Source of the DNA: Leptothrix sp. (in: b-proteobacteria)
GTDB lineage: Bacteria; Pseudomonadota; Gammaproteobacteria; Burkholderiales; Burkholderiaceae_C
Strand: one strand, 5' to 3'
Length of the DNA: 64,000 nt
Assembly: GCA_965250675.1 (NCBI GenBank)
Contig: CBDFPH010000003.1
Part shown: positions 28,770 to 37,415 of the stretch, piece by piece
Numbering within the stretch: position 1 is the stretch's first letter
Layout: each line of letters opens with the position of its first letter
Notes under the pieces: model-generated
The model's input: only the letters and a program-made list of their open reading frames with translations
The model's database searches: none
Told to the model about the DNA's origin: nothing
Program-made: the position numbers and the translations under genes

Positions 28770-28885
28770 TGATAGTGGTTTGTGGGTGGGGGGGATTCAA
28801 TACTCACCGGCAGGGGCTTGGAAATTTGGCGAGGCTGGTGGCACGGGCTGCAAAAGATGGGTTAGCGTTCCGCGACGAATAACAT

Positions 28886-29836
28886 TTGGGAAAACTGAAC
28901 ATGGGCGGGGACACTTCTACCCAACTCTCGGTGGAGCACTTCACGAGTGCAGCCGACTTTTTGCTTGCTTTGCAACCTGAACGCTGGGTTGACAGACAGC
29001 AGTGGAAGACGCCTTGGGTATTCCGCGGTCAGCTGCGGTCCGAATGGCCGTTGTTGCCCTCCGCATGGCGACCCACCGACGCTCTGATGACGAAGCTTGT
29101 AAGGAGCGCTGTCGATACCGTTGATCCGTTGTGCCTCACGCCGTGCTTCCCAGCGACGTCGCCAATTTCTGCCGAAACCTCGAATCGACTCCGGATTGCG
29201 TTGGCCACTGCAGCCATTGAGCAGAAAATCTGCAGAGAGTTTGCAGACTTGGCGAACTCTGCTGGTCAATACGTCCGCCGAATCCCTGGAGAACTTCCTC
29301 TGATCCGCCTTTTGGAACAGGGACCGCCAATGCGCCTCACCGGAGTGTCTGCTCCCGATGCGCTCACTGCGATGGCTCAACACCACGGGATGCCCACCAG
29401 CCTGCTTGACTGGAGCGGGAGCGGCCAAGTGGCCGCATATTTCGCTGCCGCGGCTGTGCCAGAAGCCAGTTCGGTGGCCGACGAACGCCTCGCCGTCTGG
29501 GCAATCAATAGAACGCGCATCGGCGCCAACTTCAAGGAAGTTCCTGTACATCGGTCCGAGTTGCCCTATTTGCATGCACAACACGGCACCCTTACCTACT
29601 TCTCCGATGGGGACGACTTTGGGCACGCTCATTTCGCGGAGAAGGGGGTGTGGCCCGACATAGCAACTTACGCACAGCCAGGCGCAATCAAGAAGCTCAC
29701 CCTTGCACACAGCGAAGCAGGAGAGTTGCTTAGGTTGCTTTGGCTGAGAGGTGTCTCGAAGGTTCACTTAATGCCCATCTTGGACAACGTCTCGGAAACC
29801 TTGAAGTTGCAGTGGAAGTGGAGCGGCATAACCTAG
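28886..29836 (+). CDS. FRG domain-containing protein (prophage cargo)
   Basis: WVFRGQ...WPLLPSAWR and AQHHGMPTSLLDWS...AAYFA are FRG-domain motifs; lower GC; antisense to the structural operon. Confidence 0.85.
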   Translation: MGKLNMGGDTSTQLSVEHFTSAADFLLALQPERWVDRQQWKTPWVFRGQLRSEWPLLPSAWRPTDALMTKLVRSAVDTVDPLCLTPCFPATSPISAETSNRLRIALATAAIEQKICREFADLANSAGQYVRRIPGELPLIRLLEQGPPMRLTGVSAPDALTAMAQHHGMPTSLLDWSGSGQVAAYFAAAAVPEASSVADERLAVWAINRTRIGANFKEVPVHRSELPYLHAQHGTLTYFSDGDDFGHAHFAEKGVWPDIATYAQPGAIKKLTLAHSEAGELLRLLWLRGVSKVHLMPILDNVSETLKLQWKWSGIT

Positions 29837-31029
29837 CCCAGAGGGATGAACTGCATCGTGATGGGCTTATTGGCTGCAATGCTGAAGGAGTCGCCTGAAC
29901 TGCCCCCTGGGCCAGCGCTGTTGGCCCACAGTTGGCAGTTGACCGGTTTTGAGGATGCGACGGCCTGCACCATCTCCAGCGTGAACGGACCCGCATAGGC
30001 GGCGACGTCCGGCGCGGTGTAGCCGAACATGTAGGGCTGCGCCACCACGCCCCCGTCAATGTCCACGAATCGGGGCGCCAGGATCAGGCTGCGCCCGGCC
30101 GCCAGGTTGACCCAGCCGGTGAACCGGCAAATCACGTTGGCTGCCCCCGTGGGGCCGCTGTAGACCGGGCACACCGCCGCGCTGTCGATGATGGCCGCGC
30201 TGGTCCCGATGGCTGTGCTGGTCAGGCTGGTGAGTTGCAGTGCGGTCGGTCTGCGCGGAATGTCCAGCATCCCGGCTGTCATGGCCGGCGCTGCCTCGAC
30301 CGCTTGATCGCCATCGCTGAACCAAGCGCGTCGAATCTCTACAACATCGTCGGTCGCTCCATCGAACTGGTAGAACTCGACGCCCGGGTACGCACAAACC
30401 ACGTCCGCAATGGCCGGGTTCTCGCCAACCGCGGTCGTGCCATCTGGCAACAGGATGTATGCCTTCCCGCCATCAAGCGAAAGCTCGACCGTGTACCACT
30501 TGTCAACGTCCAGCGCCTTGTTGTACCGACCGGTCTTGTAGTTGGTGATGGTGCCGTTTGTATTCGGCAAGTTCCCGATTGACCAGCCCCACCGATTGAA
30601 AACCAAGTGCGCCGGAGTCGGCGGAATATTGGCGCTAGCCGTCACGCTGTCCCGCCATGGGATCAGTGCCGCGGCCCCGTTTCTTCCTCCCGAGCCAGCC
30701 CGAAAGCGAATCTCCGCCCTGATGCGCTTGCAGCCGGCTGGCATTGGCATATCTGAGTACCACGCGCGCTGCCCGGCGCCTGCCGACGATGTGAGCACGC
30801 CGCCGGATGCAATGAGTGGAGCGCCGTTAGACCGAAAGGAGATTGCGCGGCCAGCCGACGACAGCACCGGCACACCGCTGGCGGGGTTCATCAGGTCAAC
30901 CGAATTTCCAGCCCTTGACACCGAGGATTGAATCGGCAGGATCTCATTTACCCCCGCCATCTGCTGCACCAGGCCGATCAGGCGGCCGTCGTCGTCGAAC
31001 TGGCCTTCTAGGTTTTGAATCGTCGTCAT
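29833..31029 (-). CDS. Putative spike / receptor-binding protein
   Basis: 398 aa, beta-rich and G/A/S/T-rich, with a lectin-like-looking middle (KWYTVELSLDG); last gene of the structural run. Confidence 0.55.
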   Translation of the reverse strand: MTTIQNLEGQFDDDGRLIGLVQQMAGVNEILPIQSSVSRAGNSVDLMNPASGVPVLSSAGRAISFRSNGAPLIASGGVLTSSAGAGQRAWYSDMPMPAGCKRIRAEIRFRAGSGGRNGAAALIPWRDSVTASANIPPTPAHLVFNRWGWSIGNLPNTNGTITNYKTGRYNKALDVDKWYTVELSLDGGKAYILLPDGTTAVGENPAIADVVCAYPGVEFYQFDGATDDVVEIRRAWFSDGDQAVEAAPAMTAGMLDIPRRPTALQLTSLTSTAIGTSAAIIDSAAVCPVYSGPTGAANVICRFTGWVNLAAGRSLILAPRFVDIDGGVVAQPYMFGYTAPDVAAYAGPFTLEMVQAVASSKPVNCQLWANSAGPGGSSGDSFSIAANKPITMQFIPLG

Positions 31030-31038
31030 GCGGGGCTT

Positions 31039-31158
31039 TCAGTTCATTCCGGCTTGCGATCGCAGCCAGGCGCGGAGTTCGGGGATTTGGCCGATGACGA
31101 ATGCCACGGTCATCGTCACGGCCAGCTGGCGGGCCACGTCGCGCACGAAACGGTTCAT
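31039..31158 (-). CDS. Small phage membrane protein (39 aa)
   Basis: MNRFVRDVARQLAVTMTVAFVIGQIPELRAWLRSQAGMN; ATGA overlap with the upstream gene; fills the gap between genes exactly. Confidence 0.65.
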   Translation of the reverse strand: MNRFVRDVARQLAVTMTVAFVIGQIPELRAWLRSQAGMN

Positions 31159-31613
31159 CGGAAGAGGCTGCCGGCGTAGAGGTTGTAGGGGTCTTCGCTG
31201 CCGCTGCCGCTGGCGAAGGTGCCGGCCTGCTCATAGACGGCAGTGCTGGCACCGGTGCGGCCCATGTCGGCCAGGCGCTGCAGGTCGTTGCCGAACAGCA
31301 GGGATGCGCTCGACGGCTGCACGGCTGGGCGCAGGGTGATCGGCTCGGTCAGGGCACGCTCTGCGGCCACGGTGCTGGGGTTCATCAGCTCGAAGATGCG
31401 GGAGCCGAGATTCCAGCTGTCGTCGCCGCTGGCAGCAGCACCCACCGCGTTGACGCTGCGGGCCGCCACGTTGTTCGGGCTGGCCGGGTTGATGGCGCCG
31501 TTGCTGACGGCTTCGCCAACGGTGCTGGCGCCCTTCCAGAGCACCCAGGCCGCGCCGCCCACGGCGGCCGCAATGGCGAACACCTGCATGTCGCCGAGAT
31601 TGAGCGCCTTCAT
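31155..31613 (-). CDS. Phage membrane protein (N-terminal TM)
   Basis: TM segment, then INPASPNN...VNAVG...WNLGSRIFE, a pattern I recall from PM2-like prophage proteins. Confidence 0.7.
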   Translation of the reverse strand: MKALNLGDMQVFAIAAAVGGAAWVLWKGASTVGEAVSNGAINPASPNNVAARSVNAVGAAASGDDSWNLGSRIFELMNPSTVAAERALTEPITLRPAVQPSSASLLFGNDLQRLADMGRTGASTAVYEQAGTFASGSGSEDPYNLYAGSLFR

Positions 31614-32263
31614 GCCAGCACCCCACCGGCTGTTTCGTACTTCGCCAGCAGCGTCGACAACTTGCGCTCAGGCTGGCCGTAGCCGGCGCCCGGCAGGCTC
31701 GCCCATTCGGCTTTGCACTTGCCGATGGCTGCTTCGATGCGACCGGCTTGCACGTCGCCCATGGCGCCACGGTTGCGGATCAGCCAGCACGCGGCCGCGT
31801 CCTGGTTCATCGGGCTGAAGTCCGCCAAGCCCAGGGCGCGGCGGGCGCTCAGCCAGGTTGCGCGGATGATCTGGTAGCGGCCGGCCGCAGTGCTCACCAT
31901 GCCGGCGTACTGGCTGCCGAGGTGCGCGATGCTCTCGCCGGTCCATTCGCGAGTCACGGCGGGGTGATCCGTGAACGACTGGATGGTGTGGCGGTAGCCG
32001 AAGCAGACGCGGTACGGGTCAGAGCGCAGGTCAGTGCCTTCAGCGGCTGCAATCATGCTCAGGAAGGCCCGCGTGTTGGTATCTCGCATGTCGGTGTCCA
32101 GGTTGCTTTGATCCATGAATCGGTCGATCGCGCCGATCGGATCGACGTAGTCCAGCGCGGTGGAGCCGTCGTCAGATTCAGCAGCGGCGGCGTCCGCTTG
32201 TGACCGCACCAGGAGCACGCCCAGCAGGGCGGCACCGGCGGCGATCACTATTTTTTTGTTCAC
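31610..32263 (-). CDS. Lambda-type lysozyme / lytic transglycosylase with N-terminal membrane anchor
   Basis: RAFLSMIAAAEGT, STAAGRYQII..TW, DFSP.NQD.AA, EWASLPGAGYGQ. Confidence 0.9.
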   Translation of the reverse strand: MNKKIVIAAGAALLGVLLVRSQADAAAAESDDGSTALDYVDPIGAIDRFMDQSNLDTDMRDTNTRAFLSMIAAAEGTDLRSDPYRVCFGYRHTIQSFTDHPAVTREWTGESIAHLGSQYAGMVSTAAGRYQIIRATWLSARRALGLADFSPMNQDAAACWLIRNRGAMGDVQAGRIEAAIGKCKAEWASLPGAGYGQPERKLSTLLAKYETAGGVLA

Positions 32264-33024
32264 AGCGTCTCGACTTCAAACCGCACGTTCAGGTTTGCGC
32301 CGTTGGTCAATGCCTTGAAAAGCAGATAGCTGCCAGGCGGAAGGACGAACGGGGATTTCGAGTAATCGAACTCGTTCTGAACTGCCGGCTGAATCAAATA
32401 ACTGTGCCGAGATTTTGAGCTTGGAAACTTGGCATCGAATGCACCCAGCGTTGCGTAGCTGTTTGCAAAAATGTCGCACTGGCCCACCGGCAAATCAGGG
32501 CTGCCAATCAATTTATTGAAAACCGTATCGGTCGCCAAAAACCCAGCGGCAACAATGTTTGAGCCAGATATTGCAGAAACCAATGCGGCAGTGTCTGAAG
32601 AAATGTTCAGATTGGTAATTGCCAGCGGTGTCGTCCCATTGTTTCGAATGCCGGCGATAGGCTGATTCCCAGCAGTGCCGCTGATACCGATCGTGCCGAT
32701 GTAGCTTTTGCCAGCGAGGGTCTTTTCGGCGCTGCTGTCGATCACCCGCACGTTGCCGGGCTGTCGACGGCTACCGCCCCGGCCGGTTTCCATCACCAGG
32801 ATCTGCACGGTTTGAGCCGTGGGCGAGTAGATGACGAACGCGCCGTAGGTGTCTTCCAGGAACAGGCCGGAGACGGCGTTGACCATCTGGTCAGACTGGC
32901 GGCCGCTGGCTTCGTAGAAGTCGATGCGCACCGGGCCGCTGGACTCGATCAGCTCGAAGTAGCGCCCTGCCCGCTCGAAACGCTTGGTCTCGCCCGCAGT
33001 CAGGGTGATGGACAGAAGTTCCAT
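32260..33024 (-). CDS. Putative penton/spike protein
   Basis: Beta-rich N-terminal ~100 aa at host-like GC; visibly AT-richer C-terminal domain; position in the structural module. Confidence 0.55.
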   Translation of the reverse strand: MELLSITLTAGETKRFERAGRYFELIESSGPVRIDFYEASGRQSDQMVNAVSGLFLEDTYGAFVIYSPTAQTVQILVMETGRGGSRRQPGNVRVIDSSAEKTLAGKSYIGTIGISGTAGNQPIAGIRNNGTTPLAITNLNISSDTAALVSAISGSNIVAAGFLATDTVFNKLIGSPDLPVGQCDIFANSYATLGAFDAKFPSSKSRHSYLIQPAVQNEFDYSKSPFVLPPGSYLLFKALTNGANLNVRFEVETL

Positions 33025-33027
33025 GGA

Positions 33028-33834
33028 TCAGGCTTTCTTGAAGAACGAGAGGGCCACCAGGCCGGCAATGGCGAACATGGCGTACTTCATGACGTCCGCG
33101 CTCTTGTTCTCGGCCGGCTGATAGGTGCTCATGGCCGATGTGGCGATGCCCTGAGCGGCTTTCAGCGTGCCGTCGGCACTGCTGAAGATGCGATCGAGCG
33201 TGTCGCCCGAGATGTCGAGCGTGTGCCCCCAGGCCTGCGCGCTGTTGCTCTGCGCCTGCCCGAACATGGACGTGACCGACTCACCCGAGGTGCGCAGCGC
33301 GTCATAGCCGAAACCGGCCAGCACGCCCACGGCGTCGCCGTTGGCTTCAGCCTGCGCGCCCACCAGCTGCGCGCCGATCTCTGCAAACCGCACGGCGCCG
33401 GGGTCGGTGCCGGTGATGTTGGTCGAGCGGTTGGAGTAGTCCGCGAACGTGCTGGCGTAGCTGTCGGCGTCGTTGACCGAACGGTTCGAGGTATCCGACC
33501 AGGTCGACGTGTCCTGGTCGAAAACGGTGGTTGACCGGTTCGAGGTGTCGGACCAGGTCGACGTGTCCTGGTCGTAGACGTTGGTCGAGCGGTTCGAGGT
33601 ATCCGACCAGGTCGACGTGTCCTGATCGTTGACGTTGGTCGACCAGTTCGACGTGGTCGTGTTGTTGCGGTTGCTGCCGGCGTTGGTGTTGTCGGTGCTG
33701 TAGTCGAGGTACTGGCTGTTGTCGGACGAATCGAACGTGTTGGTGTTCGTCGTCGAGACGTAGTTGCTGCTCGTCTGCGCACTGGTGGTCTTGTTGCCAC
33801 CACTGCCGATTCCCAGGAAGCTCAAGAGGCCCAT
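33028..33834 (-). CDS. Phage membrane protein with 18-aa tandem repeats (candidate DNA delivery protein)
   Basis: S/T/D/N-rich; (NVxDQDTSTWSDTSNRST)x3; C-terminal TM followed by KKA. Confidence 0.75.
   Translation of the reverse strand: MGLLSFLGIGSGGNKTTSAQTSSNYVSTTNTNTFDSSDNSQYLDYSTDNTNAGSNRNNTTTSNWSTNVNDQDTSTWSDTSNRSTNVYDQDTSTWSDTSNRSTTVFDQDTSTWSDTSNRSVNDADSYASTFADYSNRSTNITGTDPGAVRFAEIGAQLVGAQAEANGDAVGVLAGFGYDALRTSGESVTSMFGQAQSNSAQAWGHTLDISGDTLDRIFSSADGTLKAAQGIATSAMSTYQPAENKSADVMKYAMFAIAGLVALSFFKKA
33482..33643. repeat. 54-bp tandem repeat, 3 copies plus a degenerate fourth to the left
   Basis: CGGTTCGAGGT(A/G)TC(C/G)GACCAGGTCGACGTGTCCTG starts at 33482, 33536 and 33590. Confidence 0.92.
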
Positions 33835-34292
33835 CAGGATTTCGCTTTCTTGGCCTTGAGGATGACCAGCACCATCAAGCCCAGCATGATGTAGGTGGTG
33901 GTATTGCCACCCGCCTGAACCAGCGCGAACGGCTCAGCACCATCACCGGTGATGGAGTCGAACCCGCTCAGCGCCGGCACGCCGTAGGCGTACTGCGTGG
34001 CCTGCGCTTGGCTGACCTCAAACGGGTTGAAGCCCGCCGTAGGCGGCAGGGGCAGCGCTGCAGCGCCCACGCGCTGCGTGGCCGTGCCGCGACCCGTCGC
34101 CACGTTGATGCCCAGGGTCGGCCCGCCGTTGGAGATGCCACCGGTGTTGGCCGGGCCGCTGTAGCCGTCGTTGAACGACAAGCCCAGGCCACCGGCCGCG
34201 CCTCCACCCGGCATGCCGGGCATGCCAGGGGGCACGCCCATGGCGGCCATGCCCATGCTGGCGAGCAGCGCCGTCTGCTGACCGTTCGCCAT
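33834..34292 (-). CDS. Phage membrane protein (G/P-rich, C-terminal TM)
   Basis: Ends YIMLGLMVLVILKAKKAKS. Confidence 0.75.
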   Translation of the reverse strand: MANGQQTALLASMGMAAMGVPPGMPGMPGGGAAGGLGLSFNDGYSGPANTGGISNGGPTLGINVATGRGTATQRVGAAALPLPPTAGFNPFEVSQAQATQYAYGVPALSGFDSITGDGAEPFALVQAGGNTTTYIMLGLMVLVILKAKKAKS

Positions 34293-34295
34293 AGG

Positions 34296-34700
34296 TCACG
34301 CCATCGCCAAGTAGGCGACCAGGGCGGCAATGATGAGCGTGGTGGTCGAGCTTTGCGCGGCAGGCGGTTGCGCGGCGCCGGCCTGGTTGCCTGCGCCGTT
34401 CTGGTACGTGCGGCCGTTCTGGCCGGAGAACGTGCCGGGGTTGGTGTTGCCGCCAATGCCGGCCACCTGCCCCGGCATGGCGTTGTCGATCGCACGGGTG
34501 GCGCCGTACATCACCAGGCGCTCCCACCACGGCGCGGCCGGGTTGCTGTTGACCGGTGCCGGGGTGTAGGGGTTCATGCGCTGAGCTTCCGCACCATCGC
34601 CCGGCATGAAGTACGGATTGCCCAGCAGCGTCTGTTGCTCAGCGGGGAGACCGGCCACGTAAGCGTTCGCGTCGCTGGCGAAAAGGTTGTAGTCGCTCAT
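34296..34700 (-). CDS. Phage membrane protein (C-terminal TM)
   Basis: Ends TLIIAALVAYLAMA; directly downstream of the capsid gene. Confidence 0.75.
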   Translation of the reverse strand: MSDYNLFASDANAYVAGLPAEQQTLLGNPYFMPGDGAEAQRMNPYTPAPVNSNPAAPWWERLVMYGATRAIDNAMPGQVAGIGGNTNPGTFSGQNGRTYQNGAGNQAGAAQPPAAQSSTTTLIIAALVAYLAMA

Positions 34701-34712
34701 CGCATGGTCCGA

Positions 34713-35546
34713 TCAGAGCTGGCTGTTCAGCGCGTAGCCTTCGACGTAGATCCCGATCGTGTCCGCGCCGCTGGTGCGCAGGCGAATGTCCAGGTTCTGC
34801 ACCGGCACGGCCTTGCCGGCCGCGACGGTGAACGCGGTGTTGAACGCGTTGGACTGCAGCACGTCGGGCATGAAGTCCACGATGTGGAAGCCAGCCTGCG
34901 GCAGGTTGCCGAAGTCCTGTTCGCGGAAGTTGGCCAGGGCCACGGGCACGTCTTCGTAGATCTCGACGCCGTCGCGGCGCACGCGGGCCGCAGCCAGGTT
35001 GCCGCCGTGCTTGAGCACCAGGCGCTTGACTTGGAAGCCTTGCGCACCGAACGGCAGGTAGATCATTTCTTCGGCGGCGGCCGCGATCACCTTCTGTTGG
35101 TACATGACGCGGTGCACGATCGTGTTCGCGCTGGGGGATTCCACGTCGGCATACACCGTGATGCCGCTGCCTGCGGCCGGCACGTAGGTGCCCAGGTCGA
35201 ATTCAAGGGTGAAGTCCTGCACGCCGGCCTCTTGGCACGCGGCGATGGTGCCCAGCGTCATCGCGACTTCTTCACGGGCGCGGCGCTCGGTGAAGTCGAT
35301 CACGAAGAAACCGGCGTTCAGCGTGTTGCCCTTGTACGCGTTCAGCGCGTCCAGGTCAGTCGCCAAATTCCAGCGCTGGAATTCTTTGTTGTTGAGGCGC
35401 AGCGTGATGTTGCTCATCAACGCCTTGGTGATGTTCGTGCCCAACACGAAGTACAGCTTCTGGTAGACCACACCCAGGGGCAGGCGCAGCGAAACCCGCG
35501 TGTTCGGGCTGACGTTCTGAAGGGCGGGGAGCTTGATGATGCGCAT
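34713..35546 (-). CDS. Double jelly-roll major capsid protein, PM2 P2-like
   Basis: 277 aa. LQNVSPNTRVSLRLPLGVVY matches the pattern of PM2 P2 IPNVAAGNSCSIKLPIGQTY as I recall it; also FFVIDF, HIVDFM...QNLDIRL...IYVE; adjacent to the packaging ATPase. Confidence 0.88.
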   Translation of the reverse strand: MRIIKLPALQNVSPNTRVSLRLPLGVVYQKLYFVLGTNITKALMSNITLRLNNKEFQRWNLATDLDALNAYKGNTLNAGFFVIDFTERRAREEVAMTLGTIAACQEAGVQDFTLEFDLGTYVPAAGSGITVYADVESPSANTIVHRVMYQQKVIAAAAEEMIYLPFGAQGFQVKRLVLKHGGNLAAARVRRDGVEIYEDVPVALANFREQDFGNLPQAGFHIVDFMPDVLQSNAFNTAFTVAAGKAVPVQNLDIRLRTSGADTIGIYVEGYALNSQL

Positions 35547-35570
35547 TGTTTTCCTTGGGTGTGAAGTCGA

Positions 35571-35687
35571 TCAGCCCATCAGCGCCTTGTCGACCAGCGG
35601 CTTGGCCGGGCCGATCTTGCGGAGCACAAAAATGGTGAGGAGGACGACACCGGTCGTCATCAGGGCGTCTTTGACTTTGCTTTGCAT
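35571..35687 (-). CDS. Small phage membrane protein (38 aa)
   Basis: MQSKVKDALMTTGVVLLTIFVLRKIGPAKPLVDKALMG; single TM; just upstream of the capsid gene. Confidence 0.7.
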   Translation of the reverse strand: MQSKVKDALMTTGVVLLTIFVLRKIGPAKPLVDKALMG

Positions 35688-35799
35688 GGGGTGTTCCGTT
35701 CTGGATTTGAGGGGGTGAAGAGCCGCCAGTAAACCCCCGCCGAACGTCACGAACAACCCCCCGCCAACGTACCCGTATACGTATGGAAAACGCGCTGAA

Positions 35800-36483
35800 T
35801 CACCGCCCCGTGAACGGGGTTGATCGCTCCGTGAACTTGCCGTTGCGAATGTGGATTTCGCCCGCGATCAGCGTCTTCTCGCGCCTGTCACGTTGCAAGT
35901 AGCGGATCACCACGCCGGTCGGCGTGTCGTCGGTCTGAAGCAGGCCCATGGCCGAATCAGGGCAGTCCAACTCACGTGCCATCGCGCGGCGGTCGGCCTC
36001 ATAGCCCAGGCCGAAGCACCTCACGCGGGTGCAGTTGCCAAGGAAGGTTTTGTCGATCAGGGATGGCCGCTGCGCCGCGCCCAGCACCTGCAGGCCCCGG
36101 TGCCGGCCCTGCGTGGTGATCCGGCGCCAGGCGGGCGGCGCATAGCCCGGTGTCGTCACGTCGGACAGCTCTTCGGCCAGGAAGCACAGCGCGCCCGCCT
36201 CGAACGCCAGCGCGCACACCAGCCCGAAGGCGTCGGCCAGCTTCAGGGCCGATCCCGGCACGTAGCGCACGCGGATCGGCCCGGCGCCGGCCTTGCGGAA
36301 TGCGGCCACCAGCGCCGGCAGCGTGCGCACGGCCGGGGCCTGCTTGGCGTACTCGTCGCGGGGATCCCAGATCAGCAGCCGGGGCGGTGCCAGCTCGGCG
36401 AGCCGGCGATTGATGCTCACGCCCTTGCCGCTGCCCGAGGCGCCGATGTAGGCCTCGATCTGGGGGCGGTTGGTGACGCTCAT
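35800..36483 (-). CDS. Genome packaging ATPase (FtsK/HerA superfamily, A32/P9 type)
   Basis: Walker A GASGSGKG, LIWDP, Walker B FLAEEL, QGRHRG...AAQRP; ATG 36483 overlaps the upstream stop. Confidence 0.9.
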   Translation of the reverse strand: MSVTNRPQIEAYIGASGSGKGVSINRRLAELAPPRLLIWDPRDEYAKQAPAVRTLPALVAAFRKAGAGPIRVRYVPGSALKLADAFGLVCALAFEAGALCFLAEELSDVTTPGYAPPAWRRITTQGRHRGLQVLGAAQRPSLIDKTFLGNCTRVRCFGLGYEADRRAMARELDCPDSAMGLLQTDDTPTGVVIRYLQRDRREKTLIAGEIHIRNGKFTERSTPFTGR

Positions 36484-36908
36484 GCGCGGCGCTTGCGCTC
36501 TTCGGCGGCCAGCTCCATCTGTCGCTGCTTGAACGCGAAGTAGGTGGCGACGCACGGCGGGATGATTGCGCACAGCATGGCGATATACGGCCCGTATTTG
36601 CTGGCAACTTCGCCCATGTTCCAGCCGTGCTGCTCCATGATCGCGGCCGCGCTGTCAGCGATCTGGCGTAGCTGATGGTCGCTCCAGACTGCCGCGAACT
36701 GCGGCCACCAGGTGACAGCAGGCGCCGCGATCATGCGGCCCATCTGCATGAATGCGATCAGCTCATCAGCCGTGCTCATGGCCGGCGCAGCGCCGGGCAG
36801 CGCGGCGGGCGCGGCCGCAGATTCCAGCGCGGCCGCTTGGGCTTCCAGCGCGGCCAGGGGATCGCCAGCGGGGGCGGGCTGGTCGATGATTTCGGTTTCA
36901 GTGGTCAT
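36480..36908 (-). CDS. Phage membrane protein upstream of the ATPase
   Basis: C-terminal TM (YIAMLCAIIPPCVATYFAF) followed by a basic tail. Confidence 0.72.
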   Translation of the reverse strand: MTTETEIIDQPAPAGDPLAALEAQAAALESAAAPAALPGAAPAMSTADELIAFMQMGRMIAAPAVTWWPQFAAVWSDHQLRQIADSAAAIMEQHGWNMGEVASKYGPYIAMLCAIIPPCVATYFAFKQRQMELAAEERKRRA

Positions 36909-36912
36909 GGGT

Positions 36913-37218
36913 TCACCAGCTCATCAGGGATTTGCGCGCCGGCGCCGCAGGGGCTGCAGCGGGCGCGGTTGAGGGGGTAGGCGCGGCCGGTGCTGGTGCG
37001 GGCGCTGGCGGTGCCATTGCGGGTGCCGGCGCCGGCTCGGCAATGTGCCTCGCCCGTAACGAGGAGTCGGACGCGTCGCCGCGCGCAAACGTCTGCGATT
37101 TGCAGTCGCTGCACGTCACGTAGGGCAACAGCTTTTTCGACACACGCAGGCGGGCCTGTTCGGACCCGCACACCGGGCAGCGGCACCGCCCGATTTCGTT
37201 TTCGCGGGCGGCGGTCAT
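36913..37218 (-). CDS. Zinc-ribbon protein (candidate late transcription activator)
   Basis: CPVCG...YVTCSDC...TF; A/P-rich tail. Confidence 0.72.
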   Translation of the reverse strand: MTAARENEIGRCRCPVCGSEQARLRVSKKLLPYVTCSDCKSQTFARGDASDSSLRARHIAEPAPAPAMAPPAPAPAPAAPTPSTAPAAAPAAPARKSLMSW

Positions 37219-37415
37219 CAGTCGACCAGGACGGGAGCCACGGGTTCCGTGCGGGCCTGCGCCACGGCCAGGGTTTCCAGCGCGGCGGCAGTGGCGGTCA
37301 TGAACTCTGCGGCCAGTTCGCCCAGGCGGACGATGGGCGCCGGGACGAATTGCCGGCTGGAGTTGTCGACCAGGTGCTGTGCCTCAGCGGCGATTTCTGC
37401 GGGGGTGCGGTTCAT
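37218..37415 (-). CDS. Hypothetical phage protein (65 aa)
   Basis: Tightly coupled to both neighbours. Confidence 0.6.
   Translation of the reverse strand: MNRTPAEIAAEAQHLVDNSSRQFVPAPIVRLGELAAEFMTATAAALETLAVAQARTEPVAPVLVD

Noticed and set aside
33482-33643. Tandem repeat as a possible CRISPR array
   Set aside because: The units are contiguous, in frame (54 bp) and vary at synonymous positions; there are no unique spacers and no cas genes
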